Source: an uncultured Acidobacteriota bacterium
Lineage (GTDB): Bacteria > Acidobacteriota > Thermoanaerobaculia > UBA5066 > Gp7-AA6
Direction of reading: 5' to 3'
NCBI GenBank assembly: GCA_963764715.1
Contig: CAVXTP010000013.1
Coordinates: 96,001 to 160,000, forward strand
Length of the DNA: 64,000 nucleotides
Shown here: piece by piece, positions 1 through 10,904 of the stretch
How the letters are laid out: every line of letters begins with the position of its first letter
Position numbering within the stretch: the stretch's first letter is position 1
The notes under the pieces: model-generated
Seen by the model: the letters and a program-made list of their open reading frames with translations, nothing else
Databases searched by the model: none
What the model was told of the DNA's origin: nothing
Made by a program: the position numbers and the translations under genes

Positions 1-763
1 CCTTCTGCTCGAGCCAGCTCGAGTAGTTGCCCTTCCAGGGGATGCCCGCGCCGCGGTCGAGCTCGAGGATCCAGCCCGCGACGTTGTCGAGGAAGTAGCG
101 GTCGTGCGTGACCGCGACGACCGTGCCGGGGTACTCGGCGAGATGCCGCTCGAGCCACGCGACCGACTCGGCGTCGAGGTGGTTCGTCGGCTCGTCGAGG
201 AGGAGGAGGTCGGGCCGTTCGAGCAGGATCTTGCAGAGGGCCACGCGGCGCTTCTCGCCGCCCGAGATCTTCGTGACGTCGGCGTCCGGGGGCGGAAGCC
301 GCAGGGCGTCCATGGCGATCTCGAGCTGCCGGTCGAGCTCCCAGGCGTTGGACGCTTCGATCGCGTCCTGGACCCGCTGGTACTCCGCCATGACCTTCTC
401 GCTCTCGGCCTCCGAGAGGTCCTCGGCGAGTTTCTCGTTGAGCTCCTCGAAACGCTTCAAGAGCCCGCGCGTCTTGGTGACGGCCTCCTCGACGTTTCCG
501 AGGACGGTCTTGGAGGTGTCGAGCCGGGGGTCCTGCGGAAGGAAGCCGATGCGGGTGCCTTCGGCCGGGAACGCCTCGCCCGCGAAGTCCTTGTCGACCC
601 CGGCCATGATCCGGAGCAGCGTCGACTTGCCCGCGCCGTTCAAGCCGAGGACGCCGATCTTCGCTCCGGGAAGAAACGAGAGGTAGATGCCCTTCAGGAT
701 CTCGCGCTGCGGAGGCACGACCTTCCGCAGGTTGACCATCGTGTAGATGTACTGGTGCGCCAT
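1..763 (-). CDS. ettA: Energy-dependent translational throttle protein EttA (ABC-F ATPase), 5' part; runs off the window start
   Basis: Manual translation from ATG 763: [55 protein letters not shown] (Walker A), later [32 protein letters not shown]; not in the ORF track because it is partial. Confidence 0.93.
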   Translation of the reverse strand, partial: MAHQYIYTMVNLRKVVPPQREILKGIYLSFLPGAKIGVLGLNGAGKSTLLRIMAGVDKDFAGEAFPAEGTRIGFLPQDPRLDTSKTVLGNVEEAVTKTRGLLKRFEELNEKLAEDLSEAESEKVMAEYQRVQDAIEASNAWELDRQLEIAMDALRLPPPDADVTKISGGEKRRVALCKILLERPDLLLLDEPTNHLDAESVAWLERHLAEYPGTVVAVTHDRYFLDNVAGWILELDRGAGIPWKGNYSSWLEQK

Positions 764-783
764 AGGGCGGGGGAGTCTACATC

Positions 784-845
784 AGGAGGCAGGAGGCAGG
801 AGGCAGGACTGGGAACGCGCGTTCGCTTACCGCTTACTGCTTACG
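784..845. repeat. Two short heptamer tandem repeats, (AGGAGGC)x3 at 784-804 and (GCTTACN)x3 at 825-845
   Basis: Read directly; the menG stop codon lies inside the second array. Confidence 0.6.
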
Positions 846-1567
846 GTCTCTCCGATGTTGATCCCCATCGTCCCGAGAAGTCGCTCCTCGTACCGCGCAT
901 CGACGAACCCCGCCTCCCGCATCAGCGTCTCGACGCCCCGCTGGCCGGGATAGCGCGCGAGCGATTCCGGGATGTAGAGGTACGTGTCGGGATCGCCGTG
1001 AAAGATCCAGCCCACGAGGGGCATCACCGCGCGGAGGTATCCGGCGTAGAGGGCGGCGGCGATCCGGTTGGCGGGCTTCCCGAAGTCGAGCACCGCGAGG
1101 CGGCCGCCCGGAGCGAGGACGCGCCGCAGCTCGGCGAGCGCGCCGGGAATGTCGGCGATGTTGCGCAGCCCGTAGCTCACGGTGATGGTGTCGAAGGTGC
1201 CGTCGGCGAAGGGCAGGCGCAGGGCGTCGGCCTGGGTGAAACGGCTTCGGCGGCGGCCGGCGATCCGGCGGCGCCGTGCGACGGCCAGCATCGGAAGCGT
1301 GAAGTCGATCCCCGTCACCGACGCGGCGCCGAGCTCCTCGGCCAGGAAGCACAGGTCCCCGCTCCCGCAGCAGAGGTCGAGGAGACGTGCACCGCGGCCT
1401 GCCGGCGCACCGGCGAGCGCGAGCCGGACGGTCTGGCGCTTCCAGCGGCGATGCATCCCGAAGCTCATCAGGTCGTTGACGAGGTCGTACCGCCAGGCGA
1501 GCCGCGAGAACATTTCCCGGACACGGGACGCCCGGCTCTCGTCGTAGGACAGGTACTTGTTCGTCAC
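827..1567 (-). CDS. menG: UbiE/MenG-family quinone biosynthesis methyltransferase
   Basis: MFSRLAWRYDLVNDLMSFGMHRRWK, SAM-binding LLDLCCGSGD, DALRLPFAD..FD, YGLRNI, YLPESLARYP-like motifs. Confidence 0.85.
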   Translation of the reverse strand: MTNKYLSYDESRASRVREMFSRLAWRYDLVNDLMSFGMHRRWKRQTVRLALAGAPAGRGARLLDLCCGSGDLCFLAEELGAASVTGIDFTLPMLAVARRRRIAGRRRSRFTQADALRLPFADGTFDTITVSYGLRNIADIPGALAELRRVLAPGGRLAVLDFGKPANRIAAALYAGYLRAVMPLVGWIFHGDPDTYLYIPESLARYPGQRGVETLMREAGFVDARYEERLLGTMGINIGETVSSKR

Positions 1568-1624
1568 CGCAGGGAACTATAGACGCCGCCGTTCGGCCGC
1601 TTCCGGCTGTTGTAATGTCTCGGG

Positions 1625-3517
1625 ATGGCCGAAACGAGCCCCAAGCCCGTCAGCGCCGACGAGGCCCGCCGGGTCGCCGAGGAGGCCCGCGAGGCCGAGT
1701 GGAAGGCCCCGTCCTTCCTGAAGCAGATCTTCCTCGGCAACTTCCGCCTCGACCTGGTCCACCCGTTTCCCGCGGCCCCGCCGGAGCGCCCCGAGTTCCG
1801 CGCCTTCATGGACCGGCTGGAGCGCTTCCTGGTCGAGAAGGTCGATCCGGACGCGATCGACCGCGAGGGCAAGATCCCGCCGTCCGTCGTCCAGGGGCTC
1901 GCCGCGATCGGAGCCTTCGGGATGAAGATCCCGACCGAGTACGGCGGGCTCGGCCTGACGCAGCGCGAATACGGCGAGGCCATGAAGCTCATCACGAGCC
2001 GCGACGGCAACCTCGTGACGCTTCTCTCGGCGCACCAGTCGATCGGCGTGCCCCAGCCGCTCAAGCTCTTCGGCACGAAGGAGCAGAAGAAGAAGTTCCT
2101 GCCGCGTCTGGCGGCCGGGGCCGTCTCGGCCTTCGCGCTGACGGAGGCCCAGGTGGGCTCCGACCCGGCCAACCTCTCGACCACCGTGACGCGGACCCCC
2201 GAGGGCGACTACATCCTCGACGGCGAAAAGCTCTGGTGCACCAACGGGACGATCGCCGAGCTTTTCGTCGTCATGGCGCGCCACCCGGACACCCGGAAGA
2301 TCTCCGCCTTCATCGTCGAGAAGTCGTCGCCCGGCGTCGAGGTCGTCATCCGCTGCCACTTCATGGGACTGAAGGCGATCGAGAACGGCGTCATCCGCTT
2401 CCACAAGGTCCGCGTCCCGAAGGAGAACCTCCTCTGGGGCGAGGGCAAGGGCTTGAAGCTCGCCCTGATCACGCTGAACACCGGCCGGCTGACGCTGCCG
2501 GCGTCCTCGGCCGCGCTCGGCAAGCGTTGCCTCGAGATCTGCCGGTCGTGGTCGAACGAGCGCGTGCAGTGGGGCCTGCCGATCGGCCAGCACGACGCGA
2601 TCGCGCAGCTTCTGGCCGAGATGGCGGCGACGACGTTCGCGCTCGACGCGGTGTCGGACCTCGCGTCGTCGATGGCCGACATGGGCGACCGAGACATCCG
2701 CCTCGAGGCGGCCGTCGCCAAGATGTGGAACTCGGAAGAGGGCTGGAAGATCGTGGACCGCACCCTGCAGATCCGGGGCGGGCGCGGCTACGAGACGGCC
2801 GATTCGCTGCGCGCGCGCGGCGAGGCCCCGGTGCCGGTCGAGCGGATCATGCGCGACTTCCGGATCAACCTCATCTTCGAGGGCTCGTCGGAGATCATGC
2901 GCCTCTTCATCGCGCGCGAGGCCGTCGACAGGCACCTCGCCGTGGCCGGAGCGTTCGCCGATCCGAAGGCGACCCTCGGGACGAAGCTCGCCGCGCTTCC
3001 GAAGATGGCGGGCTTCTACGGCTGGTGGTACCCGTCGCGCTGGCTCGGCTGGGGCCGCTGGCCGCGGTTCTCGGACTTCGGGCCCCTCGCGGGCCACGTC
3101 CGGTTCGCCGAGCGGACCACGCGCAAGCTCGCGCGAACGCTCTTCCACCAGATGCTGAAGCTCGGGCCGAAGCTCGAGAAGCGGCAGGCGCTGCTCTTCC
3201 GGGCGGTCGACATCGGAGCGGACCTCTTCGCCATGACGGCCGCCCTCTCGCGCGCCGACGCCATGCGCCGCGCGGGCGTGCCCGAAGCCCCGCAGGCCGT
3301 GGAGCTCGCCGACATCTTCTGCCGCGGAACGCGGCGGCGGATCGCCGAGCACTTCCGTTCGATCGGCTCCAACGACGACGTCGAGAAGTACCGGACGGCC
3401 CGGCGCTTCCTCGACGGCGAGTTCGCGTGGCTCGAGAAGGGGCTCACCGCCATGGACGAGGCCGCGGAGGCCTCGGAGCCGGCGGCCGCGGCTCGCTCGC
3501 GGGCCGCCTCGGTTTAG
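1625..3517 (+). CDS. Acyl-CoA dehydrogenase (long, VLCAD/ACAD9-like)
   Basis: FALTEAQVGSD, LDGEKLWCTNG, LQIRGGRGYE, MRDFRINLIFEGSSEI plus a C-terminal extension. Confidence 0.9.
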   Translation: MAETSPKPVSADEARRVAEEAREAEWKAPSFLKQIFLGNFRLDLVHPFPAAPPERPEFRAFMDRLERFLVEKVDPDAIDREGKIPPSVVQGLAAIGAFGMKIPTEYGGLGLTQREYGEAMKLITSRDGNLVTLLSAHQSIGVPQPLKLFGTKEQKKKFLPRLAAGAVSAFALTEAQVGSDPANLSTTVTRTPEGDYILDGEKLWCTNGTIAELFVVMARHPDTRKISAFIVEKSSPGVEVVIRCHFMGLKAIENGVIRFHKVRVPKENLLWGEGKGLKLALITLNTGRLTLPASSAALGKRCLEICRSWSNERVQWGLPIGQHDAIAQLLAEMAATTFALDAVSDLASSMADMGDRDIRLEAAVAKMWNSEEGWKIVDRTLQIRGGRGYETADSLRARGEAPVPVERIMRDFRINLIFEGSSEIMRLFIAREAVDRHLAVAGAFADPKATLGTKLAALPKMAGFYGWWYPSRWLGWGRWPRFSDFGPLAGHVRFAERTTRKLARTLFHQMLKLGPKLEKRQALLFRAVDIGADLFAMTAALSRADAMRRAGVPEAPQAVELADIFCRGTRRRIAEHFRSIGSNDDVEKYRTARRFLDGEFAWLEKGLTAMDEAAEASEPAAAARSRAASV

Positions 3518-4870
3518 GTGCCCACGGCGCGGGTTCCGGCCCGGCGCGTCGGAACCGTTCTCGCGGTGCTCGCGGCGCTCGTCGCCGGGACGCTCTACGG
3601 GTTCGCCGCGCGCGAGCGCCGCTGGTTCCCGTTCGGCCTCGTCAAGGCCGCGTACCGGGCCGTCCGACCCGCGCCGACTCCGCCGCCGGCGCCTCACGTC
3701 GGGGTGGCGTCGTACGCCGAAGAAAAGCTCGCCCAGCGGGAGAAGATCGGCGAGCTGACGCAGCTCCCGTACCTCCAGGGCTACAACCCGGCCTCGGGGC
3801 GCACCGGCGTCCTGATCTACGACGAGGCACGGGCCGCGGGCGGCTGGAACCTGGCCGTCTCGGCGCACGCCGCGCAGGCGCTCCTGCTCGACATGCGGGG
3901 GATCACCCGTCATCGGTGGGGGATCGAGATGCGCCGCCTCTGGCCCGACCTGAAACTCGAGCCGGAGCGGGCGCCCTACGCCGCCTACTGGCGGCACGCC
4001 GAGCTGCTTCCCGACGGGGACCTGCTCGCGATCTGGGACTACATCGGCGTCGTCCGCGTCGACCGCGACTCCCGGCCGAAGTGGGCCCTCGCCAACGGAG
4101 CCCACCACGACCTCGCCGCGGGCCCGGACGGGACCCTCTACGTGCTGACGCGGGAAGCGCACGTGATTCCGGCGATCAACCCGGACGCCAACGTCTTCGA
4201 GGATTTCGTTTCGATGGTCTCGCCCGAGGGAAAGCCGTTGCGGCGCATCTCGCTGCTCGCCGCCTTCGCGGATTCCGACTACGCCGCGGTCCTCGCTCCG
4301 ATGGGGCGCGAGGGAGACATCCTCCACGCCAACGGGATCTCCGTCCTCGACGGCCGGCTCGCCGCGCGGTCTCCCGCGTTCCGGGCCGGCAACCTGCTCG
4401 TTTCTCTCCGCGCCCTGAACGTGGTCGCGGTGCTCGATCCGCAGAGCGGAAAGATCGTCTGGGCCCTCTCGGGGCCGTTCCGCGCGCAGCACGATCCGAA
4501 GATCCTTCCGAACGGAAGGCTGCTCGTCTTCGACAACTTCGCCTCGATGCAGGCGGGCGCCTCGCGCGTCCTGGAGCTCGACCCGTTCACGCAGGAGATC
4601 GCCTGGCGCTACGGCGATCGCGAGAACGAGCGCTTCTTCACCGAGTCCAACGGCGAGGCCGAGCGGCTTCCCAACGGCAATACCCTGGTCGTCGAGTCCG
4701 ACTCCGGCCGCGCGCTCGAGGTCACGCCCGAGGGCGAGACCGTGTGGGAGTACGTCAACCCGTACCGCGTCGGCGAGCAGCAGGAGCTCCGGGCGACCCT
4801 GAAGCAACTGACGCGGCTGCCCGCCGGACTGTCGATCGCGTGGGCCGAGCGGCCGCAGCCGCCGAGGTGA
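3518..4870 (+). CDS. Arylsulfotransferase (ASST)-family beta-propeller protein with N-terminal membrane anchor
   Basis: AHHDL, DILHANGI, QHDPKILPNGRLLVFDN, RLPNGNTLVVE motifs; hydrophobic N-terminus. Confidence 0.75.
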   Translation: MPTARVPARRVGTVLAVLAALVAGTLYGFAARERRWFPFGLVKAAYRAVRPAPTPPPAPHVGVASYAEEKLAQREKIGELTQLPYLQGYNPASGRTGVLIYDEARAAGGWNLAVSAHAAQALLLDMRGITRHRWGIEMRRLWPDLKLEPERAPYAAYWRHAELLPDGDLLAIWDYIGVVRVDRDSRPKWALANGAHHDLAAGPDGTLYVLTREAHVIPAINPDANVFEDFVSMVSPEGKPLRRISLLAAFADSDYAAVLAPMGREGDILHANGISVLDGRLAARSPAFRAGNLLVSLRALNVVAVLDPQSGKIVWALSGPFRAQHDPKILPNGRLLVFDNFASMQAGASRVLELDPFTQEIAWRYGDRENERFFTESNGEAERLPNGNTLVVESDSGRALEVTPEGETVWEYVNPYRVGEQQELRATLKQLTRLPAGLSIAWAERPQPPR

Positions 4871-4935
4871 GCGCCGCGCGCCGGAGCGCGCAAATTCTCG
4901 TTCCCGGACCGGGACCTCGGCTAGACTGGCCTTTC

Positions 4936-7691
4936 ATGCGCCTTCCCCGGGGGCTCGCGGGCGTTCTCTGGTCTCTCCTGCCGTCGCTCTCCTTCGCCGC
5001 CACCTTCACCGTCAACTCGAACAACGATCTCGACGACGGCGCCTGCAACGCCACCCACTGCTCGCTGCGCGAGGCGATCGTCGCGGCGAACGCCACGCTG
5101 GGGGCGGACACGATCCGGTTCGTGATCGGCTCGGGACCGAAGACGATCCAGGTCGCGTCGGCCCTGCCGACGATCACCGATCCGGTGACGATCGACGGAA
5201 CGACGCAGCCGGGCTTCGTGTCGGCCCCGATCATCGAGCTCGACGGCTCGGTCGCAGGCGCCGGCGCCGTCGGCCTGCACGTCACGGGGGGCGCGAGCCT
5301 CGTGACGGGCCTCGTCATCAACCGGTTCGTGCCGGCCTTTCCGGCGACGGGCGGCCACGGGATCGTGCTCGAGACGGGCGGGGGCAACGTCGTGCGCGGC
5401 TGTTACGTCGGCACGAACCTCGGCGGAACCGCGGCGCTCGCCAATGGCGGCGACGGCGTCCAGATCGTGGCGTCCTCGGACAACGTCATCGGGCGGACGA
5501 ACGCGTCCTTCCGGGAAACCTCCTGTCCGGCAACTCGAGCGCCGGGGTCCGGATCTCGGGCGCGGGCGCCGACCGGAACACGATCGCCGGCAACCGGATC
5601 GGGACGAACCCCGCGGGAACGGCCGCGGTCCCGAACTCGGCCGCGGGCGTCGTGATCATGTCGGGCGCCGACAACGTCGTCGGTTCGGGGATCGCGGGGG
5701 ATACGCTGGTCTCCGGCAACGGCGGCGACGGCATCGTGCTCTCCGGATCGGCCACGGGCGCAGTCGTCACCAACTGCTACGTCGGGACGAACGCGACCGG
5801 AGCTGCGGCTCTCGGCAACGTCGGCCAGGGAATCAACCTGGCGGGCGTCTCGAACAACACCGTCGGGCCGGGCAACGTGGTCTCGGGCAACGGGCAGAGC
5901 GGCGTGCTCCTGATCAGCGGGTCGAGCGGCAACACGGTGGCCGCCAACTTCGTCGGTCTGAACGTGCTCGGCACGGCCGCGATTCCGAACGCCCTGAACG
6001 GCATCATCCTCTCCAACGCCGCCGACAACACGGTCGGCCCCGGAAACGTCGCCAGCGGCAACGGCACGAACGGCGTGCGGCTGCGAACGGGGGCCTCCGG
6101 CAATCTCGTCCGGGGCAATCTCGTCGGCGTCAACGCGGCGGGGACGGCGGCGGTCCCCAACCTCACCGAGGGGGTCCAGCTCAACGACGGAGCCACCGGG
6201 AACACGATCGGCGGCCCGGGGGCGGACCGGAACGTCATCTCCGGCAACGGCTCGAACGGCGTTCTCGTCGTCGACGCGACGACGGCGGGCAACTTCATCG
6301 AGGGCAACTTCATCGGCTCCAACGCGACCGCCTCCGCGGCGATCCCGAACGCGGGCAACGGCGTCGCGGTGATGGGGGGCGCGAACGGAACCCAGATCGG
6401 CGGGACCGCCGCGGGAACGAAGAACGTGATCGCCTTCAACGGGGGCCGGGGCGTCTGGATCGAATCGGGAGACGGCAACTCGATTCTCGGCAACAACCTC
6501 GCGTTCAACGGGGCGCTCGGGATCGACCTCGGCCCGATCGGCGTGACGCCGAACGACGCGGGCGACCCGGACCCCGGCGCGAACCTGCTCCAGAACTTTC
6601 CGGTGCTCTCGGCGGTCCTCCTCGACACGGCCTCGACGCAGATCCAGGGCTCGCTCAACAGCTTCGCGAGCTCGAGCTACCGCCTCGAGTTCTTCTCGAG
6701 CGTCGTCTGCGACACGTCCGGCTACGGGCCGGGGCAGCGGCTCCTCGGGGCGGCCGACCGCAAGACCGATCCGGGCGGCAACGTCGCCTTCGTCGCGACG
6801 CTTCCGACGGCGGCGCTGGGGCCGTGGATCACGGCGACGGCGACGGACTCGGCCGGGAACACCTCGGAGCTCGCGGCCTGCCTGGCGATCCCGGGGCCGA
6901 CCGTGACGTCGATCCTTCCGACCTCGGGGCCGGCCGGCGCGGCGACGGCGGTCGTCATCGCCGGAACGAACTTCCAGAACGGAGCGACGGTCAAGATCGG
7001 GGGCGCGGCGGCCGGCGGGGTTTCCGTCATGAGCGGCTTCGAGGTCGACGCCTCGACGCCCGTCCTGTCGCCGGGGACCCTGAACGACGTGACCGTGACC
7101 AATCCGAGCTCTCTCGCCGGGGGCCTCTCGGCGGGGTATCTCGCCGACTTCAACGACGTCCCGCAGGACAACATCTTCCACGACGACGTCGAGACGGTGT
7201 TTCGCGCGGGCATCACCGCCGGCTGCGGCGCGGGCAACTTCTGCGTCGCGAGCGCCGTGACGCGGGCCCAGATGGCCGTCTTTCTGCTGAAGACGGAGCA
7301 CGGCTCGGCCTACCTGCCGCCCAATTGCACGGGCGTCTTCGACGACGTTCCCTGCCCTTCGCCTTTCGCCGACTGGATCGAGCAGCTTTCCTCCGAGGGG
7401 ATCACGGCCGGCTGCGGCGGCGGGAACTACTGCCCGGCGAGCCCCGTGCGCCGCGACCAGATGGCGGTCTTTCTGCTCAAGACGAAGAACGGCTCGGCCT
7501 ACGTTCCGCCGGCCTGCGCGGGCGTCTTCGGCGACGTCGCTTGCCCCGGTCCCTTCACGGACTGGGTCGAGCAGCTCTACGCCGACCAGATCACCGGCGG
7601 CTGCTCGGCGTCGCCCCTTCTGTATTGTCCCGGTTCCTCCAACACGCGCGGGCAGATGGCGGTGTTTCTCGTGAAGACCTTCGGGCTCTAG
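4936..7691 (+). pseudogene. Secreted CSLREA + right-handed beta-helix + IPT/TIG + triple SLH protein, split by a -1 frameshift near 5491-5513 (pseudogene or sequence error)
   Basis: Frame 1 from ATG 4936: signal peptide, ATFTVNS...HCSLREAI; beta-helix repeats (GNLLSGN, IGTN) resume in frame 3 from about 5514 and end in 3x SLH ...[12 protein letters not shown]. Confidence 0.8.
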
Positions 7692-7760
7692 GATGATCGC
7701 GGCCGGCTCAGGTGCGCCTGGCTCTGGTGGACGCCTTCGGCTTTGAGGTAGGGTGAACTC

Positions 7761-8315
7761 ATGAAACGAACCGCGCTCGCCCTGGCTTCGGTCCTGCTTT
7801 TCGCCGGCGCCGCCCTCGCGGCCGACAAGAAGGCCGAGGGTGAATTCTCGGCCACGGCCTCGATCGGGACGCCGAGCGGAACGCGCAGCATGGCCTTCGA
7901 CGTCGTCGTCTCGAGCCCGAGGGGCCGCGCAGAGATGGCGCCCCTCAAGAAGGTGCTCGAGGACGGCGGCCAGCAGGCGCTCGTCAACGCGATCCGCGGG
8001 AGCGGCCAGGGCCAGGTCAAGCTGGGCGCCCTCGTCTATCCGGTCGACCTCGTCATGGTCGAGAAGATCGACGACGGCTGGCGCTACTTCGTCGTGACCA
8101 CGCGGCCGATCAAGTACACCGAGGCGGACGAGGACGGCGGCGCGTCCCTGAACTATCCCTTCGCCGTCTTCGGCTTCGACTCGACGGACTTCAGCTCGGG
8201 CGACGGCTTCATCTACACGAAGGCCGCCCTGTCGATCGATCCGGACGGGCACGTCCAGGTGTCCCAGTACGACGGGGACCCCGGGACGCTCTCCGACGTC
8301 CGCCGCATCAACTAG
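7761..8315 (+). CDS. Hypothetical secreted protein
   Basis: Signal peptide MKRTALALASVLLFAGAALA; coding-like codon usage. Confidence 0.75.
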   Translation: MKRTALALASVLLFAGAALAADKKAEGEFSATASIGTPSGTRSMAFDVVVSSPRGRAEMAPLKKVLEDGGQQALVNAIRGSGQGQVKLGALVYPVDLVMVEKIDDGWRYFVVTTRPIKYTEADEDGGASLNYPFAVFGFDSTDFSSGDGFIYTKAALSIDPDGHVQVSQYDGDPGTLSDVRRIN

Positions 8316-8327
8316 CGGCCCGCGGGA

Positions 8328-8352
8328 GGGCGGGGACAAGCCCCGCCCCTAC
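8328..8352 (-). repeat. GTAG-type REP-like palindrome
   Basis: Reverse complement GTAGGGGCGGGGCTTGTCCCCGCCC between convergent genes; related copies at 12170-12228. Confidence 0.65.
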
Positions 8353-8368
8353 GACCGTGGCCCCGAGG

Positions 8369-9316
8369 TCACGCGCCGGCGACTTCGTCGGTCCCCTCGT
8401 TGATGCCCTCGAAGAGGATCGTCGAGAGGTAGCGCTCGCCCGTGTCGGGGAGCATGGCGAGGATGACCGAGCCCTTCGGCGCCTTCGCGGCGACCTTGCG
8501 CGCGGCGGCGAAGGTCCCGCCCGAGGAGATGCCGCAGAAGATGCCTTCCTTCGACGCGAGCTCGCGCGCGGCGTCGCGCGCCTCGAGGTCGCCCACGGTC
8601 ACGATCTCGTCGTAGACCTCGCGGTCGAGCACCGCGGGGATGAAGTCCGGAGTCCAGCCCTGGATCTTGTGGGGCTTCCACTCCGTCCCGGTCAGGAGCG
8701 CCGCGCCCTCGGGCTCGGTGACGACGATCTTGATGTCCGGCCGCGCCGCCTTGAGCATCTGGCCGGCGCCGGTGAGCGTGCCGCCGGTGCCGTAGCCGGT
8801 GACCCAGTAGTCGAGGCGCCGGCCCGCGAAGTCGCGCAGGATCTCGGGGCCCGTCGTGTTGCGGTGATACTCGGGGTTGGCCGGGTTCTCGAACTGCCGG
8901 GCCAGGAACCAGCCGTTCTTCTTCGCGAGCTCCGCCGTCCGCTTGACCATCCCCGAGCCCCGCTCGGCGGCGGGGTGGAGGATGACCTTCGCGCCCAGGA
9001 TCCGCATCAGCTTGCGGCGCTCGATCGAGAAGCTGTCGGACATGACGGCGACGAACGGGTATCCCTTGACGGCGCAGACCATCGCCAGCGCGATGCCGGT
9101 GTTTCCGGAGGTGGCCTCGATGACGGTCTGCCCGGGCTTGAGCTCGCCCCGCCGCTCGGCGTCCTCGATGATCGCGATCGCCAGCCGGTCCTTGACCGAG
9201 GAGAGCGGGTTGAAGGCCTCGCACTTGACGTACATCGTCACGCCCGCGGGCGCGAGGCGATGGATCTTGACCACCGGGGTGTTGCCGATCGTTCCGAGGA
9301 TGTTTTCGTGAATCAT
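8369..9316 (-). CDS. cysK: Cysteine synthase A
   Basis: IGNTPVV, KCEAFNPLSSVKDR (PLP lysine), EATSGNTGI, GTGGTLTG, PHKIQG, LPDTGERYLST. Confidence 0.93.
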   Translation of the reverse strand: MIHENILGTIGNTPVVKIHRLAPAGVTMYVKCEAFNPLSSVKDRLAIAIIEDAERRGELKPGQTVIEATSGNTGIALAMVCAVKGYPFVAVMSDSFSIERRKLMRILGAKVILHPAAERGSGMVKRTAELAKKNGWFLARQFENPANPEYHRNTTGPEILRDFAGRRLDYWVTGYGTGGTLTGAGQMLKAARPDIKIVVTEPEGAALLTGTEWKPHKIQGWTPDFIPAVLDREVYDEIVTVGDLEARDAARELASKEGIFCGISSGGTFAAARKVAAKAPKGSVILAMLPDTGERYLSTILFEGINEGTDEVAGA

Positions 9317-9481
9317 GAATTGCTCCCTTTGCGTGCAGCGGTTGCGAAAGCGGCGCGGGCGCCGCGCGTCACGGATTCGGAAGGAACGGACGACATCGGC
9401 CCTCCGCTCCCAGGGAGTGCGCGAGGCGCGGTGGACAGGTCATCCGGGTCATCGCCGAGGAGCGTAGGATATGCCAGCTTT

Positions 9482-10894
9482 ATGAGTACCAAGAACCATG
9501 CGATCGCCACATTCTTGGCCCTGTTCGCCCTCGGGACCTCGGTCATGAGCGCGGCCGCCCGCACGATGCGGGTGGACTATTTCCACACCGGCAACGCCGC
9601 GGAGGAGCAGTTCAGCTTCGATCGCGTCGTGCTGGAGCCCCTGCCCTGGCCGGGCAACCCGAAACGGCCGATCGACGACACGAACCTCGGGAAGTACTTC
9701 TTCGAGGTCGTCGACCGGGCCTCCAACCGCGTCCTCTACTCGCGGGGCTTTGCCTCGGTGTACGGGGAGTGGGAGACGACCGGCGAGGCGAAGGAAGTCC
9801 GCCGCACCTTCTCCGAGTCCTTGCGCTTCCCGGCGCCGGACGCTCCCGTCCAGATCTCGCTCAAGAAGCGCGACGCGCAGAACGCCTTCCGGGAGGTCTG
9901 GGTTCTCCTCGTCGATCCGAAGGACGTCTTCGTCGACACGGCGGCCCCGGCCTCGCCCGGCCCCGTCCTGACCATCCAGAAGAACGGGGACCCGGCCGAG
10001 AAGGTCGACTTCCTCATCCTCGGCGACGGCTACACGGCGGCCGAGCGCGGCAAGTTCGAGAAGGACGCGCGGCGGCTGGCCGAGCTCCTCTTCGCCGTCG
10101 AGCCGTTCAAGTCGCGCCGGGGCGACTTCAACGTCTGGGCGATCTGCCCGCCCTCGGAGGAGTCGGGGATCTCGCGGCCCTCCGTCGGCATCCACCGCCG
10201 GACGCGCATCGGCTCGAGCTACGACGCCTTCGGCAGCGAGCGCTACATCCTGACCTTCGAGAACCGGTCGTTCCGCGACGTCGCCTCGTTCGCGCCCTAC
10301 GACTTCGTCGAGATCCTGACGAACAGCCGCACCTACGGGGGCGGCGGGATCTTCGGCCAGTACTCGACCGTCGCGGCCGACAGCCTCTGGTCGCCGTACG
10401 TCTTCGTGCACGAGTTCGGCCACCACTTCGCGGCGCTCGCCGACGAGTACTTCACCTCGCCCGTGTCCTACGAGCCCGCGTCGGGGGTGCGCATCGAGCC
10501 CTGGGAGCCCAACGCCACGGCCCTCCTCGACCCGGCGAACGTGAAGTGGAAGGACCTCGTCACGCCCGGCACTCCGGTTCCGACGCCCTGGAAGAAGGAG
10601 GAGTTCGAGAAGGCCTCGCGCGAGTTCCAGGCGAAACGCCGCGAGATCCGCAAGGCGAACGGCCCCGAGGACGAGATGGACAAGCTCTTCACGGAAGAGC
10701 TCAAGTTCGAGACGAAGCTCCTCGGCACCGACCAGCACTCCGGCCGCGTCGGGGCCTTCGAAGGGGCTCTCTACGAGTCGAAGGGCTACTACCGGCCGCA
10801 GGAGGACTGCATCATGTTCACGCGCGACGAGGTGCCCTTCTGCGCCGTCTGCCGGCAGTCGCTGACCCGCGTGATCGACCTCTACAGCCGCTGA
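9482..10894 (+). CDS. Secreted peptidase M64 (IgA peptidase-like metallopeptidase)
   Basis: Signal peptide; RVDYFHTG N-domain, ILGDGYT, HEFGHHFAALADEY zinc motif, CIMF..FCAVC. Confidence 0.88.
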   Translation: MSTKNHAIATFLALFALGTSVMSAAARTMRVDYFHTGNAAEEQFSFDRVVLEPLPWPGNPKRPIDDTNLGKYFFEVVDRASNRVLYSRGFASVYGEWETTGEAKEVRRTFSESLRFPAPDAPVQISLKKRDAQNAFREVWVLLVDPKDVFVDTAAPASPGPVLTIQKNGDPAEKVDFLILGDGYTAAERGKFEKDARRLAELLFAVEPFKSRRGDFNVWAICPPSEESGISRPSVGIHRRTRIGSSYDAFGSERYILTFENRSFRDVASFAPYDFVEILTNSRTYGGGGIFGQYSTVAADSLWSPYVFVHEFGHHFAALADEYFTSPVSYEPASGVRIEPWEPNATALLDPANVKWKDLVTPGTPVPTPWKKEEFEKASREFQAKRREIRKANGPEDEMDKLFTEELKFETKLLGTDQHSGRVGAFEGALYESKGYYRPQEDCIMFTRDEVPFCAVCRQSLTRVIDLYSR

Positions 10895-10904
10895 TCGTGC
10901 GCCC

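Noticed and set aside
5513-5519. GGGAAAC as a programmed -1 frameshift site
   Set aside because: The incoming frame reads CGG GAA ACC, so the heptamer is not in the X XXY YYZ phase required for slippage
9317-9481. SAM or other riboswitch upstream of cysK
   Set aside because: No recognisable conserved aptamer core on the coding strand
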